From positions 1 to 60,716 of the forward strand of contig JAYTSD010000039.1 in the NCBI GenBank assembly GCA_043745805.1: a stretch of DNA of 60,716 bases, given 5' to 3'. A program made the position numbers and the translations under genes. Positions 1 through 8,422 of the stretch are shown here, piece after piece. The DNA comes from Fibrobacteria bacterium. Its GTDB lineage: Bacteria > Fibrobacterota > Fibrobacteria > UBA11236. Below the pieces are notes generated by a model. That model had not been told where the DNA came from. It saw only the letters and a list, made by a program, of their open reading frames with translations, and searched no databases. The first letter of the stretch is position 1, and every line of letters starts with the position of its first letter.

Positions 1-216
1 GGCATCAAAATGATCAAACGCTAATCGATAATTTTCACGCTTGCGTAAAACGGTATACCAACTTAATCCTGCTTGCGCGCCTTCCAAAATGAGGAATTCA
101 AAAAGGGTTTGATCATCATGCAGAGGAACGCCCCATTCTTTATCATGATACTCGACATAATCAGGTTTTGTTAAATCAGCCCAAGGGCAGCGATGGACGA
201 TGGATGTTTTTGGCAT
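1..216 (-). CDS. tag: DNA-3-methyladenine glycosylase I (partial, 3' end outside window)
   Basis: Not in ORF track; minus-strand translation from ATG at 216 gives MPKTSIVHRCPWADLTKPDYVEYHDKEWGVPLHDDQTLFEFLILEGAQAGLSWYTVLRKRENYRLAFDHFDA, with the hallmark RCxW, YHDxEWG and LEGAQAGLSW motifs; AAGGA RBS upstream. Confidence 0.95.
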   Translation of the reverse strand, partial: MPKTSIVHRCPWADLTKPDYVEYHDKEWGVPLHDDQTLFEFLILEGAQAGLSWYTVLRKRENYRLAFDHFDA

Positions 217-320
217 TAATGATATTCCTTTGTTTTAGGTAAGGCCTGCAAAGACCGAATTGAACTGATTTAGCCTTTTATTCAAAGACATTGCTTCTTG
301 CTCTGGTCAAAATCAATCGC

Positions 321-1034
321 CTATCCGCCCTTAAGAAAAATTGGCCAATCATACGTTTCGATTACAGAATCTTTTTGTTGTTTGTTTAAAATATTGGTTT
401 CCTTGTTTTGTATTCGATCGGTATATTTTACCCATTTATATACCTTACTACTATCAACATTTATTTTTCCATTTTGGATTTTAAGCAGCCTGAAAACCCA
501 AAAACTATGTTGGTGGGCACTAAACAAGTCGTATTGAACAATTCTCACGTTCCCATCAATTAAAACAACGTCTTCCTTTTTAAATCCGCTCGAAAAAATG
601 GAATCGACAACGTAACCATTACCTTTTGACGTGGCGAAAAATATTGCACAATTATCAGAAGCACAGCCATTTCCACCTAGATAATGAACATTTATAAAGT
701 CTGGTTTCGAATCTCCATTTATGTCAAATTCATAGGTATCGACATTTCCTATTCGATAATATGTACTCACTAAAGGAAACTCTTTTCCATTTAGGCTGAC
801 CTTTGAAAACCTATTTGCGTCTGTATCATCCCATATTTCAAATTTTGAATTTGATTTTTCACAATTGAAAAGGTAGGAATGGCTATCACTGGAAACTTCT
901 TTGCAGATTCCAATTTTAGGATGCTTATAACTTGAATAAGGGCTATAGCCATCCTCACAACTCTGCCCATAGAGGTTATAGAAAGCAAGAAAGATTACAA
1001 GTACAAAATAGTTTCTTGCTAAATGTATTTCCAA
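321..1034 (-). CDS. Hypothetical secreted protein
   Basis: 237 aa ORF, N-terminal signal-like hydrophobic stretch, DINGDSKPDF (FG-GAP/Ca-binding-like) motif, GGGG RBS before TTG. Confidence 0.6.
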   Translation of the reverse strand: MEIHLARNYFVLVIFLAFYNLYGQSCEDGYSPYSSYKHPKIGICKEVSSDSHSYLFNCEKSNSKFEIWDDTDANRFSKVSLNGKEFPLVSTYYRIGNVDTYEFDINGDSKPDFINVHYLGGNGCASDNCAIFFATSKGNGYVVDSIFSSGFKKEDVVLIDGNVRIVQYDLFSAHQHSFWVFRLLKIQNGKINVDSSKVYKWVKYTDRIQNKETNILNKQQKDSVIETYDWPIFLKGG

Positions 1035-1111
1035 TTCTTACCCCCCAATAAATTTGCTTAACAAATAGTAACCAAGCCTCAAAGGCTAGGCTACAACATT
1101 TCAAAGGTAAA

Positions 1112-1176
1112 ATTGCATATAACGTTCGCGCTATAGCGAAGTGAAATCATTTTGCTATTGCGCATGTTGTGTTCAA
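1112..1176 (-). mobile_element. Solitary attC-like integron recombination site
   Basis: Minus strand ACACAAC...GTTATAT boxes flank a near-perfect inner inverted repeat GCGCTATAGCGAAGTGA / TCATTTTGCTATTGCGC; core about 56 nt. Confidence 0.55.
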
Positions 1177-1374
1177 TGGTGGTGCGGAAATGTGAACGGC
1201 CGCACATCGAGTGCAAAATCCGGTCTATCGTGACTGGGTAAATTAATGGAAGCTGCCGGTCAAACTTACCGGATTTTGCATAAAACTATCCCCCCATTCG
1301 AAACAGGTCGAATTATGCGTTGAAGTTTCATTTAAACTCGATTAAATTTTTTACAACCCTAGAAAGAAATCAAC

Positions 1375-2091
1375 ATGAAACTAATATTAATTGTATTTAC
1401 TCTTATTAACCTTTTTGGTTGTGCCGCTAAAACTTTTTATGTAAACGAAAAATACGCCAATGTAAAATTCGACCAGGATGCCATCTTTGTATTGCCTATT
1501 TCGGATAGCGATATAAAAGTAAATATCTCGGAACATTGTATTGATGATTTTGGACCTTTCAAGGATAAAGGTTGTGAGGCCGTATTGGCCGATACGTTTA
1601 ATGTGAACTTCTATGCTTCCGCAAAAAAATCAATGTCCAAGCTAAAAGTTTGGGATTCAAAAAAGATTATTCTAGGAAGTAATACTACGACATATGACAC
1701 TATATTAAATCAGACCTCCAATAAACCGCTGCGATTTTCATTTACCATTCCAAAACTGGAGTTTTTAAAAAATGAAGGGCGCGCTCCTCGATATATTTTA
1801 ATTACCGACAATCTTGTTTTTGATACTGAGAGTACGTCTACCGCTCCGGTTATGGGAGCCAATGGAGCAATGATGGGTGGTGGTAGTTCTAAATCGATAA
1901 ATCTGGATTTAAATTATTTAGTTTGGGACTATTCCACAAATGAAGCCGTGGGTTTTGGAACCTCAAATGGGTCGGCATCAGCAAACTTTTTTATAACAAG
2001 AAGTGATTGGATATCCATAATGGAAGAAACAGCTCGCGATGCGGCTTGGAAGCTACCATTTGCGATAAAAAAAGGTGAGCCCTCTAACTAA
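1375..2091 (+). CDS. Hypothetical lipoprotein
   Basis: Signal peptide ending in lipobox LFGC; 238 aa. Confidence 0.7.
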   Translation: MKLILIVFTLINLFGCAAKTFYVNEKYANVKFDQDAIFVLPISDSDIKVNISEHCIDDFGPFKDKGCEAVLADTFNVNFYASAKKSMSKLKVWDSKKIILGSNTTTYDTILNQTSNKPLRFSFTIPKLEFLKNEGRAPRYILITDNLVFDTESTSTAPVMGANGAMMGGGSSKSINLDLNYLVWDYSTNEAVGFGTSNGSASANFFITRSDWISIMEETARDAAWKLPFAIKKGEPSN

Positions 2092-2165
2092 GCCTCAATC
2101 TAAACTACTGTCTTTAAGAGGCTTTTCGAGGCAGTTCCATTGAGGGGGTAGCGAAGGACCCCGCA

Positions 2166-2207
2166 TTTTTGTGTAGAGACGCGATGCATCGCGTCTCTAC
2201 ACAAAAA
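2166..2207. repeat. REP-like perfect palindrome (GTAG type)
   Basis: 42-bp perfect palindrome containing GTAGAGACGCGATGCATCGCGTCTCTAC, embedded in GC-rich flanks spanning 2141-2240. Confidence 0.75.
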
Positions 2208-2260
2208 AATGTGAGGCCGTAGCGAGGGGGTTACCCCCACATTATAAAAATCTTGCAAAT

Positions 2261-2290
2261 AAAAAAGGGCTCTCTTGCGAGAACCCTTTT
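2261..2290 (-). terminator. Rho-independent terminator of rpsD (possibly bidirectional)
   Basis: AAAAAAGGGCTCTC-TTGC-GAGAACCCTTTT hairpin with A/T tails, between convergent genes. Confidence 0.75.
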
Positions 2291-2333
2291 AAACCGTAAC
2301 ACCGAGGTTTACACCTCAATATTTTAAAGTTTA

Positions 2334-2939
2334 TTACTTGGAATAATATTCCACAATATGTTGTTCAACCAACTTTACAGGAATTTGTTCACGCAAAGGT
2401 TTTGCAACCAATTTGCCTTCCATTTTCACTTTGTTGATTTCATAGTATTCAGGAATTTGTACGCCACCGGAATGGGTCAAAGCTTCCACCATTTGGGGAT
2501 GGGTTTTGGATTTTTCGGTAGCCGAAATAATATCGCCCACTTTTAATTTGTGGCTAGGAGTGAAAATGCGACGGCCATTGATGCAAAAATGTCCATGTTG
2601 TACATATTGACGTGCGGCATAAATTGTTTTGGCAAAACCCATGCGATAAATTGCAGCATCAGCGCGTGTATCGAGTAAAACCAACAAAGCAGTACCAGTG
2701 GATTCATGTGAATGGGCAGCTTTTTCATAATAAGCGCGCAATTGTTTTTCAGAAACATCGTACATCGCTTTTAGGCGTTGCTTTTCCATCAATTGCATTT
2801 TGTAAGTGGAAGGACTTTTCTTACGAGCCAAACCATGTTGACCCGGTGTGAAAGAGCGACGTTCCATGATACGTGCGGCTTTTGGCGTTAATGCCAAGTT
2901 GAGTGCACGAGATATTTTTACTTTTGGTCCTGCTGCCAT
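2334..2939 (-). CDS. rpsD: 30S ribosomal protein S4
   Basis: GPKVKISR, PGQHG, QLMEKQRLK, ARQYVQHGH and IVEYYSK motifs; true start probably ATG 2939 after AAGGA. Confidence 0.97.
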   Translation of the reverse strand: MAAGPKVKISRALNLALTPKAARIMERRSFTPGQHGLARKKSPSTYKMQLMEKQRLKAMYDVSEKQLRAYYEKAAHSHESTGTALLVLLDTRADAAIYRMGFAKTIYAARQYVQHGHFCINGRRIFTPSHKLKVGDIISATEKSKTHPQMVEALTHSGGVQIPEYYEINKVKMEGKLVAKPLREQIPVKLVEQHIVEYYSK

Positions 2940-2962
2940 TATTGATCCTTTATTTGGCTGAC

Positions 2963-3018
2963 GGCACATCCGAAAAAACCCTTAAGTTTCTCCCCTAATG
3001 ATGTACCTGATTTAAGGG
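2963..3018 (-). promoter_or_regulatory. Candidate pseudoknot 5' leader of rpsD (S4 autoregulation)
   Basis: mRNA order CCCUUAA..GGUACAUC..UUAAGGG..GAUGUGCC gives two interleaved helices of 7 and 8 bp just upstream of the RBS. Confidence 0.45.
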
Positions 3019-3175
3019 CGTTAAGTTAGTTTAAAGGCCCTTCGTTTGCAAGTAAATAGGCTGTTTTGAGCTGAATTCAGAGTCTATAGCCAAATTTTCT
3101 AAAGCCTCATCTCCCGATCCCACGAATCCTTCGACAAATCGCTATATTTAATCTCTGATCAACAAGGAAATCCCA

Positions 3176-3487
3176 ATGAATGACGAAATTAGCGTCCTCG
3201 AATTGAGCGAGAAGCTCGAAGAAAATCCTGCCATCAATCTTATCGATGTGCGTGAACCGGATGAATTCGAAGAAGAAAATTTAAAAGCCACTCTTATTCC
3301 TTTAAGTCAATTCGAAGAACGCTGGCAAGAAATCCCCACAACCGGTGAAGTGTATATTCATTGTCGCTCCGGCAAACGCTCCCGCACCGCCATCGAATTT
3401 TTGAAAACCAAAGGCTATAGTAATTGTATTAATGTAACCGGCGGGATACTGGCTTGGCTCAATGAAGTGAATCCGGACGGGCGTTAA
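3176..3487 (+). CDS. Rhodanese-like domain protein
   Basis: LIDVREPDEF, HCRSGKRS active loop, GGILAW. Confidence 0.92.
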   Translation: MNDEISVLELSEKLEENPAINLIDVREPDEFEEENLKATLIPLSQFEERWQEIPTTGEVYIHCRSGKRSRTAIEFLKTKGYSNCINVTGGILAWLNEVNPDGR

Positions 3488-3522
3488 TTGATTCTTATTT
3501 TATAAAACATAGGGGCACGGCA

Positions 3523-3552
3523 CGTAAGGACACAAAATTTTGTGCCCTTACG
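3523..3552. repeat. REP-like palindrome or terminator between convergent genes
   Basis: CGTAAGGACACAAAATTTTGTGCCCTTACG, a near-perfect palindrome. Confidence 0.55.
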
Positions 3553-3576
3553 GTTTTTTATTGCAAATAAAATCCC

Positions 3577-4884
3577 TTACAATTTCGCAAACACATCCTC
3601 ATTAAATGCGTCATCGAATACCGCCATATTAGGATAGTCATAACCCATTACGGCATCCCACATGGGTTTATGTTCCATGCATAAATATTGAAATACTTTT
3701 CCGCGCCAAGGCTCCAAAGCATTAAGCGCATTGCGATAAAGCTTTTCGCGCACCGCAAAAGCATAAGTGATTTTACCATCGGCGGTAAATTCGGTTTGCA
3801 TTTGCAAAAGTTTGCTATGCTGGAATTTTTTGCGAAAGTCTTGGGCAAAGCCTTTGAGCATGGTTATACAACCTAAGGATACCCATAAGGTTTCTTCCGG
3901 CGCAAAGCGAGACTGTACAAGTTGCATTAAATCCGTATAGGCTTTTTCATAACTCTCAAAATAAAACATGGGATGAAAATGAAAGCCAACCTTGATGCCT
4001 TTGTCTGCTACTGCGCGCGCCGCTTCCAGGCGACGTTCCAAGCTGGCAGTTTTATGTTCTTCATTGGCAATAATTATGGGAGGATTTAAAGACCAAGTGC
4101 AGCATACATTTTTAGGAATATCATTTTCGAGTAACCAAGCCACGTTTGCGCTTTTAGTTTTGAGTTCTAAAACAATATTCGGATGACGTTCAGCAAAGTC
4201 GCAAAGGTCGCGCAAGATATTATTTTTGTTACCCCATAATAAAGAATCGGAATACTCACCCGTGCCGATACGGTAACGTTTATGTGGCAGTATGGGAACT
4301 TCAGCTAACTTGGCGGCCAGATTAACTGGAATGGCAACTGTGGCTTCATCATAATGATTTTGTAATACACAATAAGAACAAGCCATGGCGCAATTATCGA
4401 CGATATTCAATACTTTCAAATTACAGCATACAGCTTTTTCCGAAGCCGCCGGACAAAGTTTAAAAATTTGTCCTTGTAAAGTTTTTTCAATAAAAGTGTG
4501 ATGGGGTAATTTTTCTTTTTCGCTGGCTTCGGGATACGCTTTGGCTTTGCCCGCGATATCATTATAATTTTTCTGCATCGCTTTAAAAAAGCGTTCACCG
4601 ATTTGCTTGGCATTCAATAATGGCTCAGAAGAATTTAAGCCTTCCGTTTTTAAACTTTCAATTTGCAAGTATTGCTGCATGTTTTCCCAAAAAGAAAATT
4701 CATGCCACATACGACAATCGATTAGCCATTGGGAAAAAAGTTTGAGTTGTTGAAAGGAAAAAAGCAAAGTGTCGGCGCAGTAATATAAGCGCTGTAAATC
4801 TTGTGGGTCGAGCAATGCTCGAGTTTCGGCATCTACAGCGACATCGGCTTTAGAGGTCGATGGCAATTCGGGTGTTCTGGACAT
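3577..4884 (-). CDS. Spore photoproduct lyase-like radical SAM protein
   Basis: CAMACSYC (CxxxCxxC) followed by GTGEYSDSL, LELKTKS, WSLNP and YLCME, typical of the SplB family. Confidence 0.85.
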   Translation of the reverse strand: MSRTPELPSTSKADVAVDAETRALLDPQDLQRLYYCADTLLFSFQQLKLFSQWLIDCRMWHEFSFWENMQQYLQIESLKTEGLNSSEPLLNAKQIGERFFKAMQKNYNDIAGKAKAYPEASEKEKLPHHTFIEKTLQGQIFKLCPAASEKAVCCNLKVLNIVDNCAMACSYCVLQNHYDEATVAIPVNLAAKLAEVPILPHKRYRIGTGEYSDSLLWGNKNNILRDLCDFAERHPNIVLELKTKSANVAWLLENDIPKNVCCTWSLNPPIIIANEEHKTASLERRLEAARAVADKGIKVGFHFHPMFYFESYEKAYTDLMQLVQSRFAPEETLWVSLGCITMLKGFAQDFRKKFQHSKLLQMQTEFTADGKITYAFAVREKLYRNALNALEPWRGKVFQYLCMEHKPMWDAVMGYDYPNMAVFDDAFNEDVFAKL

Positions 4885-5055
4885 GGTGGCAAATGTAGCA
4901 AGATGGTTAAATTTTAAGGCAAATTCCTAATCAGAAAACACCTCAACAACTGACAACACTTCATATTTGCCAAAAAATGGCTCGAATTGGCAATTAAAAA
5001 ATATGACAAGCCATCTGCTTAGGGCTTTCTCATTACAATTATGCCCATTTTGTGA

Positions 5056-5071
5056 CGGTCCGAGATTTGCT
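5056..5071 (+). promoter_or_regulatory. Possible sigma-54 (-24/-12) promoter of the ATP-grasp/Anbu operon
   Basis: CGGTCCGAGATTTGCT has GG and TTGC at canonical sigma-54 spacing, about 60 nt upstream of the AGGAGG RBS and ATG. Confidence 0.35.
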
Positions 5072-5129
5072 TTAAATAAATAGTAAGTATTGATTAGCAA
5101 GTGTAGCTTGCTAAAGATCAGGAGGCAGT

Positions 5130-6635
5130 ATGAAACTTAGTAATTACAATCCTGAAAATTTTTACGATGAAATGTTTGAGAGTTCGGGCAAGCCTAGAGA
5201 AAACTCTCGCTTACTAGTACGCAAACTTGATTCCATGGACGAGGGTGAACTATTACGGCGACAAGAAGCGGCAGAAAAAGCCTTACTTGATTTAGGAATC
5301 ACCTTTAATGTTTACGGGGATCAAAGTGGTATTGAAAAAATATTTCCCTTCGATATTCTTCCTCGCATAATCGATGGTAAAGAATGGGATTTTATTGAAC
5401 GGGGTTTAAAACAGCGTATTCGCGCTATGAATTTATTTCTCGATGATATTTACCATGATCAAAAAATTTTAAATGAGGGTATCATCCCACCTGAAATTGT
5501 GTATTCCTCTACAGGTTACCGCAAGGCCTTAAAAGGTTTTAATCCCAGCTGGGGTATTTGGTGTCATATTACAGGTTCCGATTTAGTCAAAGACGATGAT
5601 GGAACGATTTATGTGCTGGAAGATAATTTGCGTTGCCCCTCGGGAGTATCGTATATGCTTGGCAATCGACAAATCATGAAACGTACTTTCCCCCAAGTAT
5701 TTGAGGCCCTGCAAGCAAGGCCCATAGAGGATTATCCTAGTCGACTATTAGATATGTTGCAGTTTTTGGGACGTTATAAATCTCAAAATGAAACCCCTAA
5801 TGTTGCCATACTTACACCTGGTCCATTAAATTCAGCTTATTTTGAGCATTGTTTTTTAGCCCAGCAAATGGGGATTGAACTTGTGGTGGGATCAGACTTA
5901 GCGGTGCGCGATGGGTACTTATTTATGCGTACGACTCGCGGATATAAACGCGTGGATGTTTTGTATCGTCGCATTGACGATGATTTTTTGGATCCAAAAG
6001 TTTTTCGTAGCGATTCTATGTTAGGTATACCCGGTTTGATGGAAGTCTATAGAACAGGACGTGTTTCCATTGCGAATGCTCCTGGAACTGGTGTGGCAGA
6101 TGATAAAGTCATTTATGCATTCATGCCACAAATCATCGAATATTATTTAGGCGAAGAAATCATTCTACCTAATGTCCCTACCTATCTATGCTGGAGACCC
6201 GAGGATAAGGCTTATGTTTTGGAACACATGTCCGAACTCGTGATTAAAACAGCAAATGATTCTGGAGGTTATGGGGTGTTAATAGGACCGCATGCTACAC
6301 AAAAAGTTTTGCTAGAATGGTCGGCGCGTATTAAAGCCGATCCACGAAATTATATTGCACAAAAAACACTTTCTCTTTCACGTTCTCCCATAATTGTGGG
6401 CGATCATTGCGAAGGTCGGCATGTCGATTTACGTCCCTTTGCCTTGTATGGCCAAGATATTTATGTGTCACCTGGAGGTTTAACACGCGTGGCACTCAAA
6501 AAAGGGTCTTTAGTGGTAAACTCTTCACAAGGCGGTGGGAGTAAGGATACATGGGTGCTAGCCTCTCCATCAACTAATCATCCACTTAATAATCCTTATC
6601 TACAAACTGAATTGAAACCTGATTATGTTGAGTAG
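5130..6635 (+). CDS. Circularly permuted type 2 ATP-grasp protein
   Basis: LEDNLRCPSGVSY, NSAYFEH, YRRIDDDFLDP and VVNSSQGGGSKDTWV motifs. Confidence 0.95.
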   Translation: MKLSNYNPENFYDEMFESSGKPRENSRLLVRKLDSMDEGELLRRQEAAEKALLDLGITFNVYGDQSGIEKIFPFDILPRIIDGKEWDFIERGLKQRIRAMNLFLDDIYHDQKILNEGIIPPEIVYSSTGYRKALKGFNPSWGIWCHITGSDLVKDDDGTIYVLEDNLRCPSGVSYMLGNRQIMKRTFPQVFEALQARPIEDYPSRLLDMLQFLGRYKSQNETPNVAILTPGPLNSAYFEHCFLAQQMGIELVVGSDLAVRDGYLFMRTTRGYKRVDVLYRRIDDDFLDPKVFRSDSMLGIPGLMEVYRTGRVSIANAPGTGVADDKVIYAFMPQIIEYYLGEEIILPNVPTYLCWRPEDKAYVLEHMSELVIKTANDSGGYGVLIGPHATQKVLLEWSARIKADPRNYIAQKTLSLSRSPIIVGDHCEGRHVDLRPFALYGQDIYVSPGGLTRVALKKGSLVVNSSQGGGSKDTWVLASPSTNHPLNNPYLQTELKPDYVE

Positions 6636-7614
6636 AGTTGCCGAATCTGTATATTGGATGGGTCGTTATATTGAACGTGCGGAAAATGTAGCGCGCTTTA
6701 TTGATGTTAACTTGCATGTTATTCTCGATTTTCCATTGGCAGTAGAAGAACAATGGGAACCCTTGGTGCGCGCTACTGGCGACCATGAACTGTTCAAAGA
6801 ACTTTATGGAAAAGATAAACCTTCAGAATTGAATGAAAAAGCTAAGGTATTGCGCTTCCTCGCTTTTGATAACAATTATCCGTCTTCGATTATTTCCTGC
6901 TTACGTCAAGCGCGTGAAAATGCGCGTACAGTACGTGATAGTATTTCCTCCGAAATGTGGGAGCAGCTGAATAAATTTTATTTGATGATGATGTCACCCA
7001 GCGCAATCTATCGGGCTCAGGAAACCCCGCATGATTTTTTTACCGAAGTACGTATGGCTGTGCATTTATTTCAAGGCTTAACCGAAGCTACGATGTCGCA
7101 TGGTGAAGAATGGCATTTTTTTAATTTGGGTCGCATGCTCGAACGTGCCGATAAAACCGCACGTATCTTGGATGTAAAATATTTCATCCTACTTCCCAAT
7201 GCCAGCGATGTTGGAACGGTGGTCGATGATTTATTATGGACTGCACTATTACAATCCGTAAGTGGCTTTGAAATGTTCCGTCGTCGCCATGGCCGAATTA
7301 CTCCTGATAAAGTTGTAGATTTTTTATTACTCGATAGAGAATTTCCGCGCGCAGTATTGTATTGCTTAACTAAAGCGGAGGAGTCTTTATTAGCCATATC
7401 AGGAACGCAAATGGGAACTTTTAAAAATTTTGCCGAACAAAAATTAAGTCGCTTACGCTCGGATTTAGCTTATTGCCAAGTCAGTGATATTATCTCTCGA
7501 GGATTACATGAATATATAGAAAGCCTAGAAACAGATTTTAATTTTATCGGAGAAGGAATATTCGATACTTTTTTTGCATTACAAATCCAAAGCCATAGTT
7601 TTCACGAACAGTAA
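6625..7614 (+). CDS. Alpha-E domain protein (DUF403)
   Basis: MLSRVAESVYWMGRYIERAEN start and repeated ER motif (LERADKTAR). Confidence 0.95.
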   Translation: MLSRVAESVYWMGRYIERAENVARFIDVNLHVILDFPLAVEEQWEPLVRATGDHELFKELYGKDKPSELNEKAKVLRFLAFDNNYPSSIISCLRQARENARTVRDSISSEMWEQLNKFYLMMMSPSAIYRAQETPHDFFTEVRMAVHLFQGLTEATMSHGEEWHFFNLGRMLERADKTARILDVKYFILLPNASDVGTVVDDLLWTALLQSVSGFEMFRRRHGRITPDKVVDFLLLDREFPRAVLYCLTKAEESLLAISGTQMGTFKNFAEQKLSRLRSDLAYCQVSDIISRGLHEYIESLETDFNFIGEGIFDTFFALQIQSHSFHEQ

Positions 7615-7636
7615 ATAGTTAGAAAGGAAGGTTTTT

Positions 7637-8404
7637 ATCACATTCTGTCTTGGCATTAAAGTAAAAGATGGACTCGTAGCCATTGCAGATACACGTATAA
7701 CCAGTGGTAGCGAATGTATTACTGCTAAAAAAGTGATTACGTTTCAAGGTAAGCGTTATGCTTTTTTTATTATGACCTCGGGCTTGCGTTCCGTGCGTGA
7801 TAAGGCTATGACCTATTTTGAAGAAGCTATGGAAAAAAAAGGAAGCAATTTCGATCGCCTTTTTAAAGTTGTGAATTTATTAGCCACCCAAGTTAGGCAG
7901 GTCTCGGCCGAAGATAGGCAGGCATTGCATCAAGGTGGATTTGATTTTAATATCAATGCTTTAATTGGCGGACAAATGGCCAATGATAAAGAACCAAAAT
8001 TATATTTGCTGTATCCGCAAGGAAATTGGGTAGAAGTAGATCAAGGGACACCCTATCAAATCATTGGATCAACACCTTATGGTAAACCGGTACTGGATAG
8101 AACCTTAAAATATACCGACCCGATGTCTATTGCTTTAAAAGTAGGTTGTCTCGCTTTTGATTCGACACGTATTAGTGCGGCGGATGTGGATTTTCCCGCT
8201 GATGTGGTACTTTATCGCACCAATAGTTTTGAAATGGTAGAGAAGCGTTTAGAAAAAGAAGATTTAAAAGAGAGTTCCGATTGGTGGCAAAACCGTTTGC
8301 GGCAATCCGTAAATGAATTGCCTACCGATTGGATGGATGAAGTTTTTACTCAATTAAAAGGTCCGATTCACGTGATATCTGGACGAGTCAAAAATAAGTC
8401 TTAA
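7637..8404 (+). CDS. Anbu proteasome-type Ntn protease, with the true start at the non-canonical ATC 7637
   Basis: In-frame extension upstream of GTG 7733 reads (ATC)TFCLGIKVKDGLVAIADTRITSG, the Anbu/Ntn N-terminus; YPQGNW and YGKPVLDR motifs; AAGGAAGG RBS. Confidence 0.9.
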   Translation: MTFCLGIKVKDGLVAIADTRITSGSECITAKKVITFQGKRYAFFIMTSGLRSVRDKAMTYFEEAMEKKGSNFDRLFKVVNLLATQVRQVSAEDRQALHQGGFDFNINALIGGQMANDKEPKLYLLYPQGNWVEVDQGTPYQIIGSTPYGKPVLDRTLKYTDPMSIALKVGCLAFDSTRISAADVDFPADVVLYRTNSFEMVEKRLEKEDLKESSDWWQNRLRQSVNELPTDWMDEVFTQLKGPIHVISGRVKNKS

Positions 8405-8422
8405 ACTAAATGGGGTATTCTT

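Noticed and set aside
1305-2110. Lipoprotein gene as a complete integron cassette (GTTGAAG upstream, CTCTAAC at the stop)
   Set aside because: The boxes are imperfect and no attC hairpin follows the stop codon.
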